Source: Phoronis australis (lineage: Eukaryota; Animalia; Phoronida). Taken from it: DNA of 64,000 bases. Positions 51,054 through 64,000 of the stretch are shown in pieces; the stretch's first letter is position 1; each line of letters opens with the position of its first letter. Location: contig NMRA01000126.1 of the NCBI GenBank assembly GCA_002633005.1, positions 140,979-204,978 of the forward strand, in the 5' to 3' direction. The notes beneath the pieces were generated by a model, which was given only the letters and a program-made list of their open reading frames with translations, made no database searches and was not told where the DNA came from. Both the position numbers and the translations under genes were made by a program.

Positions 51054-53757
51054 TAGTCAGGTTTGTGTAATTTTGTTGGAATTTTTTGGGGAAAGTGGAA
51101 ACAATATATTTTTGGAAACCTCATGGAATGACAAATCAGAAAATAATCGATTCCATTTTTGGCGGCCATCTTGGATTTTCAAAAATGGCGCCGGTAAAAT
51201 GGATTTTGCCCAATATCTCCACTTTCGGGTCACTTAGAATGTTGGTTTTTATGGCTACACCTGCATTTCTCAGGTCAAGGAATTGGAAATTTTAATTTTA
51301 TTGGCGGCCATCTTGGATTTTTAAAAATGACTCCCGTAAATACATTTTTGTCAGTATCTTTGCTCTTGGGTCACTTCAGTAGAATTTTAGTTTTAATGGC
51401 TGCACCAACTTTTTTGTGGTCAAGAAATCTGAAAATGCAATTTATTGAATGAGAAACATAATCAAAACCCCATTTATTAGCAGCCACATTTTCTAAATCC
51501 ATTCTTCATGTAATCCAGCACGTATGATAGCCATCCTACTTTCTTGTATATTTTGTTTGGATCTTGTTTCTTTCAAGACATTTAAACTAAATCAGTACTT
51601 AAACAACTTATTTACGTTTGAAGAACATGAAAGTATGTTTTTTGTAGTGCCAATAGTCTTTCAAAACTTTGAAATCATAGTACAGGCATCACTGTCACCA
51701 GGAATCACATCATCATCACCATTATGACATTCTGCACTATACTGTGTAACCGTAGGTCCTTTGATCGGCAAGAGCATCTTTGGGAAGAGCAATCGTTTTT
51801 GCACTGACATCAAATCATATTAGTGATAGCCTCTGGCAGGCACCGGAAGCTCCTCAGTTGTGATTGTTTCAGCTGGTCATTTTTGTTCTTGTAAATTCAT
51901 TCTGCAATGGGTCAAGGAACTCCTGTCGAGCAATGACTACCTGACCCCACACTCTGGCTTGAATAAACACCCTCAGCACATGTTGTTTCAAAGCACCAAT
52001 GGTTGGTGGACATTTGTCGCTGTCAGCCATATGTTTACAGAAGAGGTATCATCTCATCTCTGGGATGCTATTTGTGTCAATACCCTGTGGTGGGTCCTGG
52101 TGTATGCATATGTAAAAGGGGATAGAGTGAAAAGAAGTTCACCTGTTACTTCATAAGCAGTACAAAAAGTCTGCAGTGCATTGATATCATCAGTGTTTGC
52201 CTTCAAATATATATTCAACCTACAGAATGGACCAGTGTTTTCTTTCCATGTAAAACCATGGAAAGCAGGAAGAGCCTTTGCCCGGACAGCACCTATTATC
52301 GTCTGTATTGGATTCACGTCCGTGAATCCCAGATGTCATTGTGACTGAAGAATTTCTGAGAAGCCTGTCATAATAGGCAATTACGAGTACCAGTAAATCT
52401 ATGTCAGGTGAAAAAACATCAGCTGAGAATCAGGGACCTTTTGATGTGATGCCAGAACTGCATGGTGTACAGTCTATTAGCAATATATCTGCTTTTTCGT
52501 AATTGTTTTCTTCTTAGCGTAGATCACGTCGGTTGCTCTTTGTGCATCCTGAACCTGAAGTAATGGCGATCTTGGCAGGGTCTTTACTACATGTACATTC
52601 AAGTGTCTTTGCAGACAGATATTCAGTAAGTAGAGGCTTTTTTATTCATGGAAGAGGAAACGGCTCATTGGGATATTCTGTTTGTAAGTATCATCTCTTA
52701 TCTGGTACTATACTTGACCCTTTCTCTGCCTTTTTTCTCTTGTGGCTTGTTTCAAAGAGTTGTCCTTGTGGGTGTCAAAGTCAAAAACCAGAATGATATC
52801 GTCATAATCTCTAGTTAAGAACATCACTTCCATGCCATCCACACGTGCAGTTTTGTGGCTTGGGTGAACACACTCAGTGGATGTTTTCTGGATCTAAAAC
52901 CTCTCTTGCAGCTTGAGGACTGTTGTGTTCTAAGACGTCCGATTCGGAAAGTTTCTACAGAAGGTGGATTCGGTTTGACTTGTCTGTGCATGGCAGCATT
53001 GCCCCACTGGCAGCAAAGATTGCTCTTAGCGTTAGAGTGAATTCATAGTGGCTGATAGCATGTTTCTGGTAGATTAGCCCAGCAGACTACAACTCCTGTT
53101 GTTCTCGCCATTGATCCTCAGCCAGATCAGTCTGGTTACTGCCAAAATTATCTCCCTTCTGACTGTCAAAGGTAAATAAAATGCATTACCATTGAGCAAA
53201 AGAGCGCTGGATTCCAAAGTGAACAGTGGAAATAATAGATAAATGTCTTTTCAAAAAGATATAGATATACACTGTAAATAAAGGTTAATCTGCATTTCTG
53301 TGATTCCTTTACATATTCTGGGGGTTCGTAGCTGCTATTAAAAATCATTTAGAAATAGTGTTTTTCAATTCCTTACCCCACAAAATATGGGTGCAGCCAT
53401 TAAAACTAGCATTCTAAGTGACCCAAGAGCAGAGATACCGAGCAAAATGTATCTTTCGGGCGCCATTTTTTTAAATTCCAAGATGGCCGCCAATAAAATT
53501 ACAATTTCCAATTCATTGTCCTGCAGGTGTAGCCATAAAAAGTAACATTCTCAGTGACCCAAGGGCGGATATATTGGGCAAAATCTATTTTACCGACGCC
53601 ATTTTTGAAAATCCAATATGGACGCCAAGATGACTACCAAAATGGAATCAATTATTTTCTGATTCGTCATTCCACGAGGTTTCCGAAAATGTATGGTTTC
53701 CACTTTCCCCCAAAAATTCAAGCGAATGTCAAACTTTGGACATAGTGAACCTGACTA
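51054..53757 (-). mobile_element. Academ DNA transposon (internally deleted, degraded XPG-like ORF)
   Basis: TAGTCAGGTT...AACCTGACTA ends with about 390-bp imperfect TIRs; minus-strand remnants NYEKADILLI, VFSPDIDLLVL, ALPAFHGFT, PPTIGALKQHVLRVFIQARVW; absent from copy 1. Confidence 0.85.
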
Positions 53758-56700
53758 TTCCTAAAAGCATAATTTTCCGAAGGTACAGTAGAATGCCTCT
53801 AGAATTTTATTTTTTAATTTATAACAATTTGACGTTAACTTTGACAATGTCATTTTAATAAAATTTAGCAAAAAGGAAATGTACGTTCATAGAAAAACAA
53901 CGCTATCAATATTCATGATGAAATTTCAAAAATGCTGTTCCAGTCTTTTAAAATATCAATTCATTTTCATTTTGTGCAAATTTTGGGTTTTTTTTATAGT
54001 AATAATGACTGCCACTCACGGAAAAGTGGGACATTTTAAAAACAATTCATAAAAGAATTTTGGAGAACAGTACATAAAGCATAGTATGCGAAAGTTTCAT
54101 CGGAATCAGATCAGCCATTTTTGAAATATGATGTTCGAAGGTTGTCCAAATTTGGAAAACTTTCTACGGTCCTGCATCGCACATAACCTTAAAATAGCCC
54201 CTAGGGATCGCAAAACAAGACAGCAATACTCCCGTCATGGTTCTACAAACATTTTTGGCCGATAGTAAGGCGGACACCAGACCACTACCGGCCAAAACGT
54301 AAGTCAAATCTGTTTGCACCCGGGCAGCTGCCGCCGTCTCCGTGATAGTGGCTTATCTGAGGGCTTTCAATGACCAATGACAAAAAGGGAAACATTTTCC
54401 AGGTGATGTGTCGTTCCACAAACAAATTAGCTTTTGTGATTGAAATGTTTTTGTGTGTTGTAAAACTTGAGTGAAATGAACGTTTTTGCTCCAATGAAGT
54501 CGAAATATTGATAAAATGAGTCGAAAAAAGGACACTGGAAATCAAATAAGAGGAAATAGAAACCAAAAAAGAGGAAAATTCCACCCCTTGTTATTTGCCA
54601 ACGTTCACGAAACTTTCACCAAGGAACTGTGTCAACATCACAATTGCCACAATAGTAGCACAAATCCGAACATCATCGTTCGCGGTGCTCTTCTCAATAG
54701 GAACGTACATGTATGAATGGACAGGTTTTATCATCGATCATTTGAGTGACTTGACCGATAGAGAAGCAGACTCCAAAACCGTATCGAAAATAATAAATAC
54801 TTTTCCGCAAATAGCCATAACGTAGCATGCACTACGTCAAATGAGTCTCCTCAGTAGAAATTTATGCAGTTTGGGAAGCAAAATTTCATAAAAATACACC
54901 AGTATGATACAGAGAAAAGCGTAAGAAACTAAAATGCCAGAGGGCACAGCAATTATCTGATCCGTCCGAAGGTCGTCGGTCCGTTTTCCATTGTCATGTT
55001 TTTATGAATACAGTTTACCTGCAAAATTACACAAAGACGCTGTAAGAGGTTTAGGAAATAAAGCCAGGGACGCCGTCCAAAAATTAACGTTAGCCGTACT
55101 CTCAGGTGTTTCAGGCATAACGATTTTTTAGCACCGGGTTTTGCGGAGTAAAAATGATCACTGGCTGGCATGCGCAAAATAATTTGAATTCACCTGAAAA
55201 CGGAAGGTGTCGTAGACATTTTGCCAAATTTCACCGTTGAAATAGGTCGAGGAATGTCATAGATACAGAGACAAACTTTCAACACTAAACTTGGCCCTAG
55301 GGGGCACAATGTTTGTCGGTTACATCAGAGCATCGTTGTAACCTGTCGCAACATTCATGGAAAAACAATTTCACAAAGATTCCGTAAGAAGTTTAGGTGA
55401 TACAACCAGGGATGTAAAAAAACAAAATGGCGAATAAGACATGGCTTGGAACGAACAATAATAAAAAAGAAAACATTCCAGGTGATGTATCATTCCACAA
55501 ATCAATAGGTTCGTGTGATAGAAATGTTTTTTTTTTGTGTTGTAAAATTTTGCAGAAATAAAACGTTTTCGAATGGATAAAGGCAAAATAATGACAAAAA
55601 TAGAAAAAAAGAGGAAACTGGAAATCAAAAAGAGTAAATCGAAACAAAAAAGAGGAAATCCTCTGAAAGATGAACAATCCAAGCCCTGAAGAAATTTGAT
55701 CCTGCACATGTTATATGCGAATCTGTCCCAGTAAGTGATGAATGAAATGTGGCACCCATGAGAACAGAATTTTGTTCATGAGAAAAGCACGCTAGCGGCA
55801 AATGAGAATACCTATAAGTAAGTCGTCCGCCAGACTCGAAGTTTCAATACTGCGCAGAATTCCAATAAGATCACAAGTTTTCATTCAATATGGCAGACAA
55901 GCATATCCGAGTTTATTCATTGTCTCGAGACTCCCAATTGAAACAAGACCCCAGTACGACTGCAAAGAACGCTGGAAACGATTGAGAGTCAAGGGTTTTG
56001 TCAACTTTTATAAGATAGCCCAGGGCAAATGACGACGATTTAGATAATCCTCAGTATCACTTAAGGCGTTGCTGCAAGTGTAAACTGAATTATCTTTTAC
56101 ACGCACGATTCTTGCTAAAAAATATTGTTAAAATTCCTATGCCACATTCGCGATAAACAATCCAGTAAATAGCCTATGATAGGTATTTTAATTCCACTTT
56201 AAATACACTAACATAGATAAGGCACGTACCATCAAAAACAACTTATTTCGAACACGGATGTTGATCTATCGTTTAAACATTGACCATTTTGCATCAGTAA
56301 CGAGTTTTCACTTCAAGACGGAATAAGGCATGAGTTATACTTCCTTTGAAAGTAGAATGGTTTCGATGCATGTGATTCGTGTTTGGGACAGAAAAATAGT
56401 GAAATGTGCCTCGATTTTCCAACTGCGGCTAGCGACCGGACTGCCGTGGGGTTGCCTACATAGCGGTGCTTCATAAGAATGGCCGTGGTACTGCAAGGGC
56501 AAGTAGCAGTGTTCGCTCTACACTTCTTAGCACTATGCTCAACAGACCAATATTCCAAAGTTTTTTGGGGGTAAATTTAGCTCTAGGCCCAGGATATAAC
56601 CTTCCAACTCAGACTCGACGCTTAACCTACAATACCTAAATTCGACTGGGTATTAAACAACTTCAGGCGAGTACAGGTACATTGATATTTGGGTAAAATC

Positions 56701-57085
56701 TTCATGTTTCGCCTGTACTCACCAAAAGAAGCTTTAAAGCCAGTTAACTGGAACGTTCTTCACAGTGATCTCTTTGGTTATTGAAGTCATCTTCAAACCG
56801 ACATTGAACCCCTGCTTTCTTTCAAATACAAGTTTTGATTTAGGTCACTTAGACCTACTGTCATGTCAGTTCAAAAGTCACCTCATGGGCTCAGTTAGAG
56901 CAAACTCAAGATTAACTTCAGGTCACGCTTGCAATCACCTCTCAAGCGACTAAGGGAGAACTTCATAACCTTAAGTGGTCTAAGTACATAATTGTCATGA
57001 GTATAGCTGATTCAAATTATTAACATTACTGTGGGCAATAGACCTTAGTCTGTTGCGGTTACAAGATCGCAAGTTTCATTGATCA

Positions 57086-57091
57086 TTTATT
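57086..57091 (-). promoter_or_regulatory. Candidate TMC polyadenylation signal
   Basis: AATAAA on the minus strand about 1.4 kb after the putative stop; retained in copy 1 at 36800-36805. Confidence 0.35.
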
Positions 57092-58490
57092 ATGAATAGA
57101 CAGGAGGTATTACATAAAAACGCAATTTTCATTTTAATTAGCATGAGGAAGAAGTACAACTTGGCAAAGGAACATCTGACAACAACAACGCTACAGAACA
57201 CAGAAGGTGTCTGTTTTTAATAGCAAATTCTCAAAATTCGCAAAAGTCTCAGTCTAGACAACCTTCAGCTTCTAAAGTATCATTTCGATTGCAGTTTAAG
57301 CAACTTCATTTTTTCAAGAAAATTATAAGTCATATTTTTGACATCTTCTCATGCAACATAGTAACACTTTAAAAACAATTCCTCATAGTTATCGATAGTA
57401 GTGCATAAAGAATATCATCTGTAAGTTTCATTAGACTTCAGTCAGCCATGTGTCAGACAGATGCTCCAAATTTAGCCAAACATGGAAATTTTTCAAGGGT
57501 CCTGCATTTCACATAGCAGTCAAGATTCATGGTATAAATAGTCACAATAACATCAGATAGTTTACTAATCACATCTGTTCATAACTATTGTAGATTTTAA
57601 AAATGTTTTTGCTTCATGATTATTTACCTAATCCAAAACAACAACAGCAAACAGTTCTCAATGCTCATCTCATCCCCTTATAGCCGTCTATTCAAACAAG
57701 CTGACAAAAGCCCATAAAATAAGATGTGGAACATCTCCATAACCACTAATACACAGTATTTAATGGAATATACAATGTCTTTTTCAAAACAAATGTGACA
57801 TGCACATGGCCAATTCACAGCTTTTTGTTACATAGTATCAACGTAACTTTGAAAAACGGTACATTTGGAGATTAATACATACTAGTCAAATGACGAGTGA
57901 TTCAACTGGTCACACCTCATTAAAACTTCAGGATATAGTTTCATTAATCTATCTATGTACATGGACCAGGGTAAATCATAATTCATGTCAACTTATAGTG
58001 ATGAATATGATAAAGCTGAACTGAGACACATTTGAAGAACCACACAATGACCTTTTAAAAGTCTTACGGTAACCTAGTCATGTACTCCACTTGAAGACGT
58101 CACATAAACTTTGGTTGTTTTCCACATCAAAAGTTGCTACCACTGGCCGCAAACCACTTAGCTCCATTTGTGAAAGTTATAACACCTTACAAAATTTCTG
58201 GGGCTTCTTCGATTTTACTTGTACCTAAAAAAGATGGATGAAGAAATTTAACAAGATTGAATAACAAATGTTTTTTAGCTTTACTTCAGTGACCAGTTAG
58301 GAGCGTAAACCAGCACACTTCTTCGATAGACTATAGTACAAAGTAATAAGACAAAATACGATTTCTCCCTCACGTCGGCTAATTCTGTTAACAACAAAAA
58401 CAACTAGTAATATCCATAAGGACGTACAAAATACCTTAGCCACCTTACTACCATTGTCAATTCAACTCCATTCTTGATAATGTGGAAAGA

Positions 58491-58573
58491 CTACTCTGAC
58501 AATGAAGTCAGCTTCCACCCAGCAATCATGACAGGGAAGTCTGGGTCATTTTGTATGATTCTTTTAGCTTGTA
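58491..58573 (-). CDS. TMC: TMC, putative terminal exon
   Basis: ATGCAG| acceptor; in phase 1 reads VQAKRIIQNDPDFPVMIAGWKLTSLSE*; supported by phase only, no family motif. Confidence 0.5.
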
Positions 58574-59323
58574 CTGCATATGGTTAACTTGGCGAATAGC
58601 AAACATTCTATGAACAAGAATTGTTTCATTCGTCATTTCACTAACGACATTGATTCATAATTGTCACAATAGGAGCATGTGATTAGTTGTTTAGATGGAA
58701 ATTGATGAAGAACAATTACACTTTGCCATGCATGCATTCATAGACACCAAGTTACATTTTTACTAAATCCAGAAATGATTACCAAAATCACCACAGTTAG
58801 CACCCATGGCTTTTGATTGAAAAATTTGGTTGACAAGAGCAACACAGAGCGTTTACATGCACTCACTGTGTGCATTGGCAAACAATTAAGTGGTGCTCAT
58901 TTTCTAAAATATTTCCACGGTAGTTGCACCCATTCCAAAAAGCACCACTTATGCTTTCCTTGTTACGAACACTTAGATTAAAGTTCATGAAGATCCATTA
59001 AGAGCTTAGTTGATACAAGGCAGCTGCAATAATTTGCCACAAGGCAGTGACAGTAGTCAGATCAGTCCAAAATCTACACCAGCCATGCTATCCTCAATGA
59101 GAACACATGTGCCAAAAATCATAAAGTTCCAGCAAGGAACTTAATTGTTAGATATTGAGAAACACAAACAAATCAAAATTGCCAAATACAATTATAGGTA
59201 ATAGTCAAACCTGTCTGATAACCAATGTCTGTCCTACTCTCCTCATCACGATCTCATATTCCAAACCTTTTGTAAACATCCATACAAGAAGTCAGTAGAT
59301 ATCGAAGTACACGTAAAGCAAAC

Positions 59324-59440
59324 TAAAACTCCACTAGGCTGGCGCAACACAACATCTCTCTAAAACTCCCGTAGGCCAGAGCAACACTACATCTCTCTAA
59401 AATTCAACTAGGCAGTGCAACACAACATCTCTCCAAAACT
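59324..59440. repeat. 37-bp tandem repeat x3 (paralog of 38716-38915)
   Basis: TAAAACTCCACTAGGC..GCAACAC.ACATCTCTC units. Confidence 0.85.
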
Positions 59441-59884
59441 AATGCTGGCCATGCTCTCCTCTATAGGAAATATCTGTCAACTTTCATAATAGGGAGGCTG
59501 ACGCTAAAAGACAAACCCAAAAATAGCAAAAGTAGCCACTTGGGGGCACAGAACAAGTCACATCTGTCTAAAACGGTTTCCTCCATAAAAACTTATTTGT
59601 CAAAAGTTTCATGAAGATCTTTCAAGCAACTTGCAATTTACATCATAGTCCAAATGTTAACCTGTGTGTTCCTGCACTGGCTCACAAGTTGTGTCACTTG
59701 AAACATTGAACATTCTGTGCAAGCAACGTTTCTGCATCATTCTATGCTAGAAGTGCATTGTGATACACCATTTGTATTTTGGAGAGAACACTGTAACGTA
59801 AATAGCTCCATAACTATCTTTTTTAATTGTATGTCTAAAAACATAAAATGATTTCAATTATTTAAAAGTACAACTGCAAAGTAC

Positions 59885-59939
59885 CTTCAGCCACACCTTT
59901 AGCCACAGCGTAAACCATCTTTTTCCCAACACTTCTTTC
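59885..59939 (-). CDS. TMC: TMC exon (cytoplasmic C-terminus)
   Basis: TACTTTCAG|GAA AGA AGT...; ERSVGKKMVYAVAKGVAE; G|GTAC donor; continues ...DLRMQLHY in phase 0. Confidence 0.7.
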
Positions 59940-61157
59940 CTGAAAGTAGACATTTGAAGAGCCGTCAGTAAATTGCTTCAGCAAGCCAAAGAACCAATGA
60001 ATAACATGTGTAACAACACTTTAAAATTTCTGATAGTCAGCATGATCATGCTACATAATAATACACTACAATTAGAAATCCCCAAACTTATTCTCATTTT
60101 TTAATTCTGTCGGATTTGGTAAGAACACAAAATAACATTTGCGGGACATTAAGGCTAACACAAAAACTCCAGTCAGACCACAATCTTTGGTTTATGTATC
60201 ATGTCTCTCATGATATGTGCAACAAGGTAAAAGATTAAATATCTGATACCAAGAAAATGGAATTTAATATATGTATATCATATGACAAATAAACAATCCA
60301 ATTATACCATAAATTTACAAGTAAAACAAACTGCTGGTACAATGAAATGATAATTATAAAATATCAACTAAATGAGATTACATGTGCATATACATGTATA
60401 GGGTGAGCTCATTACTTGTGTGGTTACTACGTTTCAATGTTTTTAATTTGATTTTCTTTATCAGAAGAAATGATTCAAGTTGACTTCTGACACAACACTT
60501 CCACTATTCGACGAGTGCACCATATACAAGGTGGAGCTAATGAGTACGTAGTGCTTTAAACAGTCTAAAAGTTGTTTTATCTCCTTTTGAAGCAGAATTT
60601 TAGGCCACAAAAATATAAATGCAGTCTCATTTTAAAAAGTTCAATGACTTTTCTCCCTAAAAGAATGGCTTATTACTCAACTACTAACTTGTGCCGGTTT
60701 TAAATTACATTAGTTTCTAACTATGAAAAATTAATTATTCACCTGAAATTTGAACCAAACTTTAGAAATAGTCAACATTGGCAGTTACAAATTCAAGCAA
60801 CATGACCAATGACCAAAAATTATTATCCTCAATGCTACACAATGTGGGAATGTATTAAAACGTTGCGTAGGCAGCTACTTTCGATCATTTTCTGAACAAC
60901 CAAGTCTACTCTGCAAAACTCTGTTGACACAGAATGTCCAATATTTAAGAAATATGACGAGCTCCAAAATGGTCCACATAACGATCTTCAGAATGAAGAA
61001 GATTCAATTTCAGCTTGAAGTTCATTGTCCCACACTTTAAGAGAAGAGATTGCCCTAAACTGGAAAAATTTTACTGTAACATAGCGTGCCAGTAATCAGG
61101 ACATCATTGATGTCTGTACTAATCTCCTGATTCATAAAATCTTTAGCATATACTAAC

Positions 61158-61236
61158 ATAATGCAACTGCATCCGTAAGTCACCAATTACCGACTTGTAG
61201 GAGACGGCAACAACACGGTAATACAGCACAAGTAGC
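61158..61236 (-). CDS. TMC: TMC exon (end of last TM helix)
   Basis: TTTTCCAG|; (V)LLVLYYRVVAVSYKSVIGDLRMQLHY; |GTTAGT; phases agree. Confidence 0.85.
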
Positions 61237-62377
61237 CTGGAAAATGAAACACAACTGCAATCAAAAAGGCATATCAGAGTTTAAATGTAGAAAGATTGAT
61301 AGTGAAAGTATTTTTTCTCTATCAACGTGCCTTTCAAAAGATGACAGTTTTGTCAAAAATGAATGGTGTGTTGCCGAGAGAAGGACAATGTTGTGAATAG
61401 GTTTATCTAGACTCCTACTTTTATGGGTTGACAGTTGCTTTAAAGAAGACATTTCAATTAGGGCCACACCCAACTTTAATAATCAGCAAGAATCTAGAGC
61501 AGAACAATGCAACTAAGAGATGGTTCAATATCTGCGGCCCACAATTAACTATTACCTTGCATTATATGCCAGTGGTTCAAACTCCACAAATGACAAGAGT
61601 AACGCTAAGAGTTGAAATGCTCCAACAATGAACACTACCATGCAGTGTATAAAATAAAAAGGCTGCAGCCTAAGTCATCTCCATTTTGTTTTTTTTTTCT
61701 CAAATGATCGATCACAAAATGTCAGACAAATTTTGGTTAGATCATGAAAGACCACATCAGAAAAGTGCATAAGAGATCCCCCAGCTGCATTTCGCCCTGT
61801 TTAAAAACAGGATTCAAATTGAGCCTTCACAAAATTAATAAAACTGGCCCAACTTACAATATTTATTAATGTGATAAGACCCTATTTCTGTCACCAACAA
61901 AGACATCGAAACCATCAGAAAAAGCCTTAGAGTTTACAAGGGTTGGCCAACCTTAAAATTGTTAAGTCGCATTGCCAGTGACTTCAGTTACCAGCTCATT
62001 CGGCATCAAATTCATGATCGGGAGTGAGTGGTAATATCTTAAACCACAAAGCGCTTGGGTTATGAATTCAACGTTGACAGGTTAACACCAATGAAGTGCA
62101 GCGTGATAGATAATTGTGAGCACACTTGCGACTGTACTAGAATAAGCCTACACACATTGTTGCCATAAAAAGGGACAGAAAAGAATTAATTGAATTAATT
62201 TTCAATTCTCGGAGTGATACAGAAATTTCCAGGCTAATTACAGTTACATCAATTGCATCAGCCACAAATTTACCCTGCAAGTGCCTCATGACTGACCAGA
62301 CAAGTTAGCGAAGGACCCTAAAGGTAACCATATAGCACAAATTGATCGCATACTAACGTTGCTATGGTAAAACGTAC

Positions 62378-62530
62378 ACAAGAACAATGAGTAAAGGAAC
62401 CACAATTCCAGCACTGGTGATGTATCCTAAAACTGTGTTCAGCCAAACCACTTTAATAATCTCAAGTGACAGCACCTCAAAGGGAAAACCAAGACCTGCA
62501 AATGGACCACAGCAAGCAGACGGCTGGAGT
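62378..62530 (-). CDS. TMC: TMC exon with PSxxCGPF motif
   Basis: CTTGCAG|; (E)LQPSACCGPFAG...LGYITSAGIVVPLLIVL; |GTACGT. Confidence 0.9.
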
Positions 62531-62895
62531 CTGCAAGTACACAAGTGGTTAAATTAATAGTAGAATGCTTTGCTCTTGAAAACGCAAACATATTCAGACA
62601 GTATAACAAAGTTTGCAAAAAAGAACCTGGAACTAGGAATACAAAATTTTTCAGACTTTAGAATGACAGGTTCTCGTACACTTCAGCAGTGTAACTCACT
62701 CACATAACTACACAACTGATTAGCTTTCTAGTACCATTCACCATCATAAGCTATCAGACCAGTGTTCTTACGCTTACAACATCTTATCCAACCTCATTGC
62801 ATTAAACAGGGTTTGTAAATTTAACAAGTAATTGGAAAATTCAAATTTTTCTTCAATTTGAGATTCTCAAAGTCATCATTCACGAACCAACTTAC

Positions 62896-63170
62896 TCAAA
62901 TATGGCGTATCCAACAGGCAGAAACGCAAGAAACAAGGTCATCAGTAGAATGCCAAGATAGAAACTGCCCGCAGTGGAAGCGCGGAACAGTACCTTTGGT
63001 GGAGAGCTGGCGAATCGGACTGTGACATATCTCAGGTAGAAGAACAGAAACAACTTGACGGCAGCAGCCAACGGAAGAATAGGAGAGAAGTAAAGGCCCA
63101 ACCAAACGATGGCTTGGCCGTAACAGAGCTCCAGTACTGACGAGGAGACGGAAAACTGGACATAACCAAT
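62896..63170 (-). CDS. TMC: Transmembrane channel-like protein exon (TMC domain); the gene continues beyond the window
   Basis: IGYVQFSVSSSVLELCYGQAIVWLGLYFSPILP...KLFLFFY...PPKVLFRAS...FYLGILL, diagnostic TMC motifs; AACAG| and |GTAAGT. Confidence 0.93.
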
Positions 63171-63450
63171 CTGTTGACAACAATGGAGGCACACAATAAA
63201 AAGGTGAACCATGCCGATCTTTTGTATGTAAATGAAATACATTGCACATGCTGTTGAGTATAGGGAGAAACTGAATTATTTGCTTAGCACTGTAACATTT
63301 GAAATGTCCTTATTTGTAAACAATTGAAAGTAAAAAATCGTGCCTGAAGCCTACGCCACAAATTTCACCAAATAAATGTCATAGTATTTAAGATTCTAAT
63401 TTTTACTTTAACAGTAACCTGCATCCACGTAATTTTTAAACTTTTGTTGC

Positions 63451-64000
63451 AACAAGAGCAACGCAGAGCATTGAAATGAGCTCACGACTGCACTGCAAAT
63501 GGTGTGCTTCTGGGGGTGTTTATTTTTATCATAAAAATGGCAATTGGATGGCTCAGATGACATATCCAAAAATGGGGAGGTGTCATGGTCTCTCAAAATT
63601 ATTTTCAAAATTTGATGAAAATCCATCAAAGAACTCCAATGATATAAAGGCAAATGTAAAAAAACTAATTGCTGTTCGAATCACAGCAGTATTCAAATCC
63701 ATCCGTCTGCTGTCAAGTTAATAGGAATACAATAATTGCAAAATTTCAAAATCATCTTGCAAGGGGTTTAGTAGATACAACCATAGATGCCAAAAATGTT
63801 ACTAGGGGGCACTACAGTAGTTGGGTCCGACTGAAAATCCACATTAGTCATGCTCTTGTCAATTTTCATAAATTATGATCCTCTAAGCGGTTTGGCAGAT
63901 ACAGAAGCAGAAGACAAAAAAAACAGTGAGACTAAAAACTAATTAAAATGACCACTGGTGCAAAATACAGCAAATTCATCACAAACAGGAAACATGTGTC
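63451..64000. mobile_element. HINE-like element of the AACAAGAGCAACGC family in a TMC intron, cut by the window edge
   Basis: AACAAGAGCAACGCAGAGCATTGAAATGA...GCAAATGGTGTGCTT matches the start of 46778. Confidence 0.7.

Larger units (their letters stand above)
44842..61130. repeat. Segmental duplication copy 2 (continuous with the intact TMC gene)
   Basis: Collinear with 30640-41109; longer mainly because of insertions at 46778-50023 and 51054-53757. Confidence 0.92.

Noticed and set aside
60944-61126. In-frame continuation EISTDINDVL... after a 31-nt 'intron' in TMC
   Set aside because: Intron implausibly short, the paralogous copy has indels, and the 59939 exon fits better

Overview
AT-rich eukaryotic genomic DNA with GT-AG introns and invertebrate-type DNA transposons; probably a marine invertebrate, but the species cannot be determined. 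Genes I could reconstruct by hand: (1) a complete 5-exon CYB5D1 (+, 1358-5467, 214 aa); (2) a 5-exon, about 966-aa type-I membrane protein with a signal peptide, four TSP1 repeats and four R-X-X-R convertase-type sites (+, 12636-20799); (3) three intronless-CDS class A GPCRs (-; 23670-24689, 31349-32356, 45616-46623); (4) the 3' exons of a TMC channel gene (-, 58491-63170, continuing beyond the window). A tandem segmental duplication (about 30640-41109 vs about 44842-61130) copied one GPCR together with the last two TMC exons and their 3' UTR. One junction abuts a mariner fragment and the other truncates a SWIM/YqaJ transposon ORF. The two copies have since gained different insertions (Helentron-like, ISL2EU-like, Academ, THAP/TTAA elements). 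No rRNA, intact tRNA or CRISPR array was seen. I found no clearly new 'system'. The best leads are the multi-cleavage TSP1 membrane precursor, the GPCRs with an unusual charged pocket (Arg at 7.43), and the orphan TMC terminal exons. All calls come from manual reading; no database search was run.
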